Part shown: piece by piece, positions 8,943-15,763 of the stretch
Layout of the letters: each line of letters opens with the position of its first letter
Numbering within the stretch: position 1 is the stretch's first letter
The notes under the pieces: generated by a model
Databases searched by the model: none
The model's input: the letters and a program-made list of their open reading frames with translations, nothing else
What the model was told of the DNA's origin: nothing
Translations under genes and position numbers: made by a program
Assembly: GCA_026391795.1 (NCBI GenBank)
Contig: JAPLDI010000004.1
Span: 26,068-90,067, forward strand
Origin: Bacteroidota bacterium
GTDB taxonomy: Bacteria > Bacteroidota > Bacteroidia > Bacteroidales > FEN-979
DNA: 64,000 nt
Reading direction: 5' to 3'

Positions 8943-10874
8943 ATGGTAACATTTGAAGAATTGGGTATCCACCCTGTTCATGTGGATGCTTTGAAGGAAC
9001 TTGGATTTGAATACCCCATGCCGGTGCAGGAAAAGGTCATTCCCCTGCTGCTTTCCGGCCCGGTTGATATTGTTGCCCTGGCCCAGACCGGCACAGGGAA
9101 GACGGCAGCCTTCGGACTGCCACTCATCCAGATGACCGACCCCCACAGCAAGTACCCCGAAGCACTGATCCTCGCACCGACCCGTGAACTCTGCATGCAG
9201 ATTGCCGGCGACCTGAACGACTTTGCCAAGAACACCGACGACCTGAAGATCCTTCCCGTTTACGGAGGAAGCAGCATGGAAGTGCAGATGAAGGCCCTGA
9301 AAAAAGGCGTTCAGATCGTGGTAGCCACTCCGGGACGACTCTGCGACCTCATCCGCAGGAAAGCCATTAAACTCAGCGACGTGAAGACCGTGGTCCTCGA
9401 CGAGGCCGACGAGATGCTCAACATGGGATTCCAGGAGAGCATCAACGACATCCTTTCGGAAGTGCCGAAAGAACGCGCTACCCTGCTTTTTTCCGCCACC
9501 ATGCCGGCCGAGGTCGCCGTGATCGCCCGGAAATACATGCACGACCCGGTCGAGGTGACCATCGGGAACCGGAATGCCGGCGCCGAGAATATCAAACACC
9601 TTTACTATACGGTTCATGCCAAAGATAAATATATCGCCCTGAAAAGGATTGTCGACTTCTACCCCAATATTTACGGGATTGTGTTTTGCAGAACACGTAA
9701 GGACACCCAGGAAATAGCCGACAAGCTGATGCACGATGGTTACAACGCGGAATCCCTTCACGGCGATCTTTCGCAGGCCCAGCGCGACATGGTGATGCAG
9801 AAGTTCCGCATCCGCCATGTAAAGCTGCTCGTGGCTACCGATGTCGCCGCACGCGGACTCGACGTGGATGACCTGACACACATCATCAACTACAGTCTTC
9901 CCGAAGACATCCAGGCCTACACGCACCGCAGCGGACGTACAGGACGTGCAGGGAAAGCAGGCATTTCCATCTGCATCATCAACCTGAAGGAAAAATATGT
10001 CATCCGTCAGATCGAGAAAAAGATCAACAAATCCTTTATTGCAACGAAAGTTCCCGGCGGAAGGGAGATCTGCGAGAAGCAGCTCTTCAGCATGATCAGC
10101 AAGATGGAAGAGGTGGATCTTGAACATACCGAGATCGACAGCTATCTTCCGGCGATCTACCGCAAGCTGGAATGGCTCGACAAAGAGGAGATCATCAAGC
10201 GCTTTGTCGCACTTGAATTCAACCGTTTCCTGGAGTATTACAAGAATGCCAAGGATATCAACGTTGCCGATGACAAATCGGCGGGCCCTTACAAAGAAAG
10301 GGAATGGGGATCGTATAAAGACCGGGACAAGGGTTCCTACCGGGACCGGGAAAGAGGATCTTACAAGGAGCGTGATAAAGGCTCCTACAAAGAACGTGAG
10401 ACGGGTTCATACAAGGAACGCGACAAGGGCTCCTACAAGGAACGTGAAAGTGGATCTTACAAGGAACGCGAAAGCGGATCTTACAAAGAACGCGAAAGGG
10501 ATTCTGACAGCCCTGCCCGTATCCGCAAGAACGATTCCGGCTTTGCACGGCTTTTCATCAACCAGGGAAAGTCAGACGGACTATTCCCCATCAGCCTTAT
10601 CGAACTTGTGAATGAACATACCCCCGGAAAAAAAGTTCCCATCGGCAGGATTGATCTTTTTGACCGTTCCGCTTCTTTTGAAGTGGGCGCCGAATTTGCC
10701 GAATTCCTGGTGAAGACATTGCAGCACCAGGATTTCCGTGGATCGGAGATCACCGTTGGATTTGAATCGGGAAAAGACAGCCAGCGGAGAGATGAACAGG
10801 AGTTCCGCAAGCGGAAGAAAGACCCGAAGAAATTCGCTGATGCTACAAAACGGAAGAGGATCCGGAAAGATTAA
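8943..10874 (+). CDS. DEAD-box ATP-dependent RNA helicase with a DbpA-like C-terminal RNA-binding domain
   Basis: Motifs AQTGTGKT, PTRELC, VLDEADEML, SAT and HRSGRTGRAG. C-terminal FARLFINQGKSDG...IGRIDLFDRSASFEV. Internal 9x octapeptide repeat. Confidence 0.9.
   Translation: MVTFEELGIHPVHVDALKELGFEYPMPVQEKVIPLLLSGPVDIVALAQTGTGKTAAFGLPLIQMTDPHSKYPEALILAPTRELCMQIAGDLNDFAKNTDDLKILPVYGGSSMEVQMKALKKGVQIVVATPGRLCDLIRRKAIKLSDVKTVVLDEADEMLNMGFQESINDILSEVPKERATLLFSATMPAEVAVIARKYMHDPVEVTIGNRNAGAENIKHLYYTVHAKDKYIALKRIVDFYPNIYGIVFCRTRKDTQEIADKLMHDGYNAESLHGDLSQAQRDMVMQKFRIRHVKLLVATDVAARGLDVDDLTHIINYSLPEDIQAYTHRSGRTGRAGKAGISICIINLKEKYVIRQIEKKINKSFIATKVPGGREICEKQLFSMISKMEEVDLEHTEIDSYLPAIYRKLEWLDKEEIIKRFVALEFNRFLEYYKNAKDINVADDKSAGPYKEREWGSYKDRDKGSYRDRERGSYKERDKGSYKERETGSYKERDKGSYKERESGSYKERESGSYKERERDSDSPARIRKNDSGFARLFINQGKSDGLFPISLIELVNEHTPGKKVPIGRIDLFDRSASFEVGAEFAEFLVKTLQHQDFRGSEITVGFESGKDSQRRDEQEFRKRKKDPKKFADATKRKRIRKD
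10284..10499 (+). repeat. Coding tandem repeat: nine 24-nt units encoding G-(S/P)-Y-(K/R)-(E/D)-R-(D/E)-x
   Basis: GPYKEREW GSYKDRDK GSYRDRER GSYKERDK GSYKERET GSYKERDK GSYKERES GSYKERES GSYKERER. Units differ at synonymous positions. Confidence 0.9.
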
Positions 10875-10887
10875 CCGTAAACTATTT

Positions 10888-10975
10888 CATCCCCTCACCC
10901 CGGCCCTCTCCTCAAGGAGAGGGAGAAGCAAACACTCCCCTTCTCCTGCAGGAGAAGGGGGCGGGGGATGAGGTG
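10888..10975. terminator. Compound GC-rich hairpin element directly after the helicase stop (terminator or REP-like element)
   Basis: Inner hairpins CCCTCTCC-TCAA-GGAGAGGG (10904-10923) and CCCCTTCTCC-TGCA-GGAGAAGGGG (10937-10960). Outer pairing is TCATCCCC with GGGGATGA. Confidence 0.4.
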
Positions 10976-10995
10976 AATAATTCTGCAGCTATTAT

Positions 10996-11003
10996 TATTT
11001 TTG
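10996..11003 (+). promoter_or_regulatory. Candidate -7 promoter box (TAnnTTTG)
   Basis: TATTTTTG ends 7 nt before ATG 11011, so the mRNA would be nearly leaderless. Confidence 0.4.
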
Positions 11004-11010
11004 CAACACT

Positions 11011-11973
11011 ATGAAGACCCTTGCTGATTTCGTACAGGATGCCTTTCTCGGATTCGCCACCGGCGATGCGCTGGGTGTTCCGGTAGAATTCGAAACCCGC
11101 GAATGGCTGCATGAAAACCCCGTGAAAGAGATGCTCGGAGGGATGCGGTATAACCAGCTTCCCGGCACCTGGAGCGATGACAGTTCCATGCTTTTCTGCA
11201 CGGCTGAAAGCCTTTGCAACGGATACGACCTGGAAGATATCGCCCTTCAATATTCAAAATGGAAGAACCGGCGGTACTGGACACCCCACGGCAGGGTATT
11301 CGACATCGGTATTCAAACCAGCAAGGCCATTGAGAAGATCGACCGTTCACTGGAGCTTGGTCTCCGGGTCAAACCGATCCCCGAGCAGGGAGTCAATGAA
11401 CATGAGAACGGGAACGGTTCGCTGATGCGGATCCTGCCGCTTGCTTTTTTCCTGAAGGATAAACCGGCAGACGAAAGCTATGGCATCATCCGCGAGGTTT
11501 CGGCACTGACCCATGCACATGCAAGGGCCGTGACCGGCTGTTTCATCTACATCCATTTCGCCACAAGCCTGCTGAAAGGCATGGACAAACACCAGGCCTA
11601 TACAGCCCTGCGTGAATTTATCCCCGATTTCTGCAGGAATCATACCGATTCTTCCGAGTATGAACATTATACCCGGATCCTGGATCATAACATCGCTGAA
11701 TTTCCACTGACCACCCTGCGTTCATCCGCCTATGTGCTTCATACCCTCGAAGCCTGTCTCTGGTGCGTGATGCGGAACGACAACTACACGGATACCGTCC
11801 TGCAGGCTGTTAATCTCGGGGAAGATACAGATACGGTTGGTGCACTTACCGGCGGTCTTGCCGGGATGATCTACGGACGGAATCAGATGCCGGAGGAATG
11901 GATCAGGGTATTGGCAAGGAAAGAAGATATCCTCGATCTTGCGCAACGGTTTTCAAAGACATTGAAAGAATAG
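11011..11973 (+). CDS. ADP-ribosylglycohydrolase family protein
   Basis: GFATGDALGVPVEF, GTWSDDSSM and GEDTDTVGALTGGLAGMIYG are characteristic of the DraG/ARH fold. Confidence 0.8.
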   Translation: MKTLADFVQDAFLGFATGDALGVPVEFETREWLHENPVKEMLGGMRYNQLPGTWSDDSSMLFCTAESLCNGYDLEDIALQYSKWKNRRYWTPHGRVFDIGIQTSKAIEKIDRSLELGLRVKPIPEQGVNEHENGNGSLMRILPLAFFLKDKPADESYGIIREVSALTHAHARAVTGCFIYIHFATSLLKGMDKHQAYTALREFIPDFCRNHTDSSEYEHYTRILDHNIAEFPLTTLRSSAYVLHTLEACLWCVMRNDNYTDTVLQAVNLGEDTDTVGALTGGLAGMIYGRNQMPEEWIRVLARKEDILDLAQRFSKTLKE

Positions 11974-11994
11974 AATACCCGTTCAAAATGCTCT

Positions 11995-12031
11995 TGCAGA
12001 TTTTAGCAGATTAATCGCAGATTTCCGCAGA
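11995..12031. repeat. CGCAGAT-family repeat (F4)
   Basis: TGCAGATTTTAGCAGATTAATCGCAGATTTCCGCAGA. Confidence 0.85.
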
Positions 12032-12042
12032 AAAATAACTAC

Positions 12043-12075
12043 TCCACCACTTCACCACTGCACAATCACACCACA
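12043..12075. repeat. CACCAC-family repeat (F10)
   Basis: CTCCACCACTTCACCACTGCACAATCACACCAC. Compare 21437-21460. Confidence 0.8.
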
Positions 12076-12118
12076 TTAACTTACAGTTAACTATCAACGA
12101 ACGTATTATAAAAAAGCG

Positions 12119-12126
12119 TACCTTTG
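12119..12126 (+). promoter_or_regulatory. Candidate -7 promoter box (TAnnTTTG) for EF-G
   Basis: TACCTTTG lies 21 nt upstream of ATG 12147. Confidence 0.5.
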
Positions 12127-12146
12127 CACGCTCAAAAAAATTGACC

Positions 12147-14225
12147 ATGCCCTTAAATAAACTTAGAAATATCGGGATTGCCGCACATATCGATGCCGGC
12201 AAGACCACCGTAACAGAACGTATCCTCTTTTTCACCGGAACCACCCGTAAAATGGGAGAGGTCCATGATGGCCAGGCCACGATGGATTTCATGAAACAGG
12301 AGCAGGAACGCGGCATCACCATCGCTTCGGCAGCCATCTCCTGTGCCTGGAAAGATTACCAGATCAACCTGATCGATACACCGGGACACGTGGATTTCAC
12401 GGTCGAGGTGGAGCGTTCCCTCCGGGTCATCGACGGGATGATCGCCGTTTTCTGTGCCGTGGGAGGCGTCGAGCCGCAGAGTGAGACCGTATGGAACCAG
12501 GCCGACCGCTACCGGGTGCCCCGCATTGCCTTTATCAACAAGATGGACCGCACCGGCGCCGACTTTGCCCAGGTGGTGGCCCAGATGAACAAATACCTCG
12601 ATGCCAATGCCGTCCCCTTTAACCTGCCCATCGGCGCAGAAGAACATTTCGACGGCATCATCGACCTGATGACACAGAAGGCTTATGTGTTCAAGGATTT
12701 TGAACAGATTGAAACGGAGATCCCGGAAGCTTACAAGGTAAAAGCCAAAGAGGCCCGCGCCTGGATGGTCGAAAAGATAGCCGAATTCAACGAAGAGATC
12801 ATGCAGCTTTTCTTTGAGGATAAAGAAGTTCCCAGTGAGCTTCTTCAACGGGCTGCCCGCGAAGCCACCTTAAAAATGCTGATCACACCGGTCTTCTGTG
12901 GTGCCGCTTACAAGAACAAAGGGGTCCAGATGATCCTCGATGCCGTTCTGAATTACCTTCCCTCCCCGATCGATGTTGGGGCCGTGGTTGGCATCGATAT
13001 CGACGACCCGGAAAAATCGCATTCAAGGCATCCTTCCGCAAAAGAACCTTTCTCTGCGCTTGCGTTTAAACTGATACACGATCCATTTGTAGGCCAGCAG
13101 ACCTTTACCCGAGTATTTTCAGGAACGCTTCACAGCGGGATGCAGATCCTGAACAGCACCAAGGGAAAACACGAACGCATCGGCAGGATCTTCCGGATCC
13201 ATGCAAAAGACCGCGAAGAGATCAGCGAGGCAGGTCCCGGCGACATTGTCGCTCTCATCGGGTTAAAACTTACCAAGACGGGCGATACACTCTGCGACAA
13301 CGATCATCCCCTTTTCCTCGAAAACATTCACATCCCGCCCTCGGTGATCGAGTTGAAGATCACGCCTGCCAAACGAAGCGAACAGGCAAAGCTGGGAGAG
13401 GCGCTCAACAAGCTGATGAACGAAGATCCCTCTTTTAACGTCCGCTATGACGATGAAACCGAAGAAACCGTCATCTCAGGCATGGGTGAACTTCACCTGG
13501 AGATCATCATCGACCGCCTGAAACATGAATTCAAGGTGGATGCCATCGTGGGCGAGCCGGCAGTTGCTTTCCGCGAAACCATCACCATGGAGAAAGAACA
13601 CCGTTACAAACATTCAAAGCAAACCGGGGGAAAAGGCCAGTTTGCAGATGTGGTGATGCGCATCGAACCCAACGAAGGAAAAGGCTACGAGTTTATCGAC
13701 AAGGTCAAGGGCGGAAACATTCCAGCCGAATTTATCCCGTCGGTCAACAAGGGGATCCTCAAGACCCTCGAACGTGGCATCCTGGCCGGTTATCCTGTGG
13801 TTGATGTAAAGGTGGTGCTCCTCGACGGCAGCCATCACCCGGTCGACTCCTCCGACATGGCCTTCCAGACCTGCGCATCGATCTGCTTCCGTGAAGCCTT
13901 CATGAAGGCAAATCCGATCCTCCTGGAACCGGTGATGAAGATCGAAGTGAACACTCCGGACGACTACATCGGCGAAGTAAGCGGGAACCTCAACCGCCGC
14001 CGCGGCAAGATCGAAGCCATGCGGAGATACCGCAAAGGCGCACAGAAGATCAACGGTCTTGTTCCGCTGATGGAGATGTTCGGCTATGCCACACAACTCC
14101 GGAACATATCCAGCGGACGGGCCAACTACTCCATGGAGTTTTTCCAGTACATGGCCCTGCCCAAGGGGATCCAGGAAGAGGTGCTGAAGGAGCTCGCGGA
14201 GAAGAAGAAAGAAGAGAAGAAATAA
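12147..14225 (+). CDS. fusA: Elongation factor G (stand-alone copy, not in an rpsL-rpsG-fusA context)
   Basis: [22 protein letters not shown] and NKMDR G-domain motifs, with full-length EF-G architecture. The ORF track starts at TTG 12141; ATG 12147 is preferred. Confidence 0.9.
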   Translation: MPLNKLRNIGIAAHIDAGKTTVTERILFFTGTTRKMGEVHDGQATMDFMKQEQERGITIASAAISCAWKDYQINLIDTPGHVDFTVEVERSLRVIDGMIAVFCAVGGVEPQSETVWNQADRYRVPRIAFINKMDRTGADFAQVVAQMNKYLDANAVPFNLPIGAEEHFDGIIDLMTQKAYVFKDFEQIETEIPEAYKVKAKEARAWMVEKIAEFNEEIMQLFFEDKEVPSELLQRAAREATLKMLITPVFCGAAYKNKGVQMILDAVLNYLPSPIDVGAVVGIDIDDPEKSHSRHPSAKEPFSALAFKLIHDPFVGQQTFTRVFSGTLHSGMQILNSTKGKHERIGRIFRIHAKDREEISEAGPGDIVALIGLKLTKTGDTLCDNDHPLFLENIHIPPSVIELKITPAKRSEQAKLGEALNKLMNEDPSFNVRYDDETEETVISGMGELHLEIIIDRLKHEFKVDAIVGEPAVAFRETITMEKEHRYKHSKQTGGKGQFADVVMRIEPNEGKGYEFIDKVKGGNIPAEFIPSVNKGILKTLERGILAGYPVVDVKVVLLDGSHHPVDSSDMAFQTCASICFREAFMKANPILLEPVMKIEVNTPDDYIGEVSGNLNRRRGKIEAMRRYRKGAQKINGLVPLMEMFGYATQLRNISSGRANYSMEFFQYMALPKGIQEEVLKELAEKKKEEKK

Positions 14226-14241
14226 CTGGTGAACTGGTGAG
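14226..14241. repeat. CTGGTGA(A/G) octamer pair (F1 variant) abutting the EF-G stop
   Basis: CTGGTGAACTGGTGAG immediately follows TAA at 14223-14225. Confidence 0.8.
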
Positions 14242-14245
14242 TTTT

Positions 14246-14267
14246 TTCTCTGTGAACCTCTGTGTAC
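14246..14267. repeat. CTCTGTG-family fragment (F2)
   Basis: TTCTCTGTGAACCTCTGTGTAC. Confidence 0.85.
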
Positions 14268-14285
14268 TTCCTTTTTGTTGAACGG

Positions 14286-14333
14286 TTTTTTTACCGCAAA
14301 GGGCGCGAAGTTCAATGCAAAGGACGCAGAGAG
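14286..14333. repeat. ACCGCAAAG-family module (F3)
   Basis: TTTTTTTACCGCAAAGGGCGCGAAGTTCAATGCAAAGGACGCAGAGAG. Confidence 0.85.
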
Positions 14334-14360
14334 AAAATACTGTCAATTATTCGAATGGTT

Positions 14361-14408
14361 AATGCCCATTTCCTAATACTAATGCCCAATACCTAATGCC
14401 CAATACCC
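14361..14408. repeat. AATGCCC/AATACCC-family repeat (F5), containing the MFS start codon
   Basis: AATGCCCATTTCCTAATACTAATGCCCAATACCTAATGCCCAATACCC. ATG 14396 lies inside a unit. Confidence 0.85.
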
Positions 14409-15595
14409 TTTGGAACCGGAACTTCACACTGCTTACGCTTTCCAACTTTTTCATGTGCAGCGCCTACTACTCGCTGATCTCAACACTTCCGGTATACATC
14501 TCAACAGAGCTCCATTCTTCAAAAAGTGTTGTCGGGCTGGTGCTTGCATCGTATATCGTAGCCTCGGTACTGGTGCGTCCCTTTGCCGGTTTCGGACTGG
14601 ATAAATTCGGAAGGAAGACGATCTTCATCGCCTCCCTTCTTCTTTATGCCCTGGTTTTTAACGGATACCTTGTTGCCTGGACGGTTGCCCTGATGGTGCT
14701 TGTACGTTTCACCCACGGGTTGACATGGGGACTGACCACAACGTCGAACTCCACGGTTGCTGTGGATATCATTCCTCCCGGAAAACGCGGACAGGGGATC
14801 GGGTATTTCGGGGTCTCCACAACCCTGGGAATGGCGCTCGGTCCGGTGATCGGGTCGTTCATTTTTGTACATGGCGGTTATTCTGCCATGTTTATCGCCG
14901 GATTCCTGATCAGCCTGGCCAGCATGGCCATGGCAGCATCCATGAAATATCACGACCATATTCCTTCGGGTTCCCTCGAATTCAGGTTTTCAACCCTGTT
15001 TGAGACCACTACGCTGCCTCCCTCTTTCAACCTGCTGCTTATCATGATCACCTATGGCGGACTGCTTTCGTTTGTGGCACTTTACGGACGCGAACTGGGA
15101 ATAGGCAACCCGGCAGGGTTTTTCCTGATCTATGCAACCGGCGTGATCGGCGCCAGGTTCGCGATGGGAAAATTTTTCGATATCCACGGGCCCCGGATGA
15201 TCCTGATCGTATGCCTGACTTTGCTCATTGCGGGTTTTCCCTTCCTTGCCCTCGTTAAAAATTCGTTCGGCTTTTACGCCTCAGCCGTAATCCTGGGTTT
15301 CGGCAACGGCGTCGTCTTCCCGACCTTCCAGGCCATGACCAACAACATGGTTTCGCAGAACCGCAGGGGAGCTGCCAATTCAACCCTTTTCACTGCCGTT
15401 GACATCGGCATGGGGACCGGGATGATTCTCGTAGGGACGCTTGCACAGCGCTTCTCCATCTCAGCTGCGTTTGCTGTCTGTTCGGGAATCTGTATTGCTG
15501 CATTATTGTTCTTTCTTTTTTTTACGATAAAATACTACGAGAAGAACAAGTTGAGTTCCCTTATCGAAGAAAGTGTAAAGGCAAGCATTGAATAA
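14396..15595 (+). CDS. MFS transporter
   Basis: 399 aa with about 12 TM helices and an N-terminal LWNRNFTLLTLSNF typical of the family. Confidence 0.8.
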   Translation: MPNTLWNRNFTLLTLSNFFMCSAYYSLISTLPVYISTELHSSKSVVGLVLASYIVASVLVRPFAGFGLDKFGRKTIFIASLLLYALVFNGYLVAWTVALMVLVRFTHGLTWGLTTTSNSTVAVDIIPPGKRGQGIGYFGVSTTLGMALGPVIGSFIFVHGGYSAMFIAGFLISLASMAMAASMKYHDHIPSGSLEFRFSTLFETTTLPPSFNLLLIMITYGGLLSFVALYGRELGIGNPAGFFLIYATGVIGARFAMGKFFDIHGPRMILIVCLTLLIAGFPFLALVKNSFGFYASAVILGFGNGVVFPTFQAMTNNMVSQNRRGAANSTLFTAVDIGMGTGMILVGTLAQRFSISAAFAVCSGICIAALLFFLFFTIKYYEKNKLSSLIEESVKASIE

Positions 15596-15598
15596 ATC

Positions 15599-15705
15599 TT
15601 CTCTGTGAACCTCCTTTTACCTCTGTGGTTCTCTGTGTAACTACTTTTTACAGGGTTTGGGTATTACACAGAGGTACACAGAGAAGGCACAGAGACTCAC
15701 AGAGG
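15599..15705. repeat. About 107-nt palindromic CTCTGTG/CACAGAG composite element, copy 1 (F2)
   Basis: Left arm TTCTCTGTGAACCTCC..CCTCTGTGGTTCTCTGTGTAA. Right arm TTACACAGAGGTACACAGAGAAGGCACAGAGACTCACAGAGG. It is collinear with 32108-32213. Confidence 0.9.
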
Positions 15706-15726
15706 ATTATTCACTTCTTTTCATCT

Positions 15727-15734
15727 TACCTTTG
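15727..15734 (+). promoter_or_regulatory. Candidate -7 promoter box (TAnnTTTG) for the relA-like gene
   Basis: TACCTTTG lies 30 nt upstream of ATG 15764. Confidence 0.5.
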
Positions 15735-15763
15735 CAACCTGATCATCCGCATACTCCGAAAAA

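Noticed and set aside
8838-10127. 429-aa ORF on the - strand.
   Set aside because: It is entirely antisense to the DEAD-box helicase, whose + frame carries every canonical helicase motif. The antisense product has no recognisable motif. The same reasoning applies to the antisense ORFs at 12153-12848 and 13614-14315 (opposite EF-G), 23499-24140 (thioesterase), 44831-45826 (leuS), 55615-57198 (DUF748-like), 58214-59050 (U32) and 62775-63431 (DUF362).
10738-10971. 77-aa ORF ending ...LTPALSSRRGRSKHSPSPAGEGGGG.
   Set aside because: It overlaps the helicase 3' end out of frame. Its tail is the translation of the GC-rich compound hairpin.
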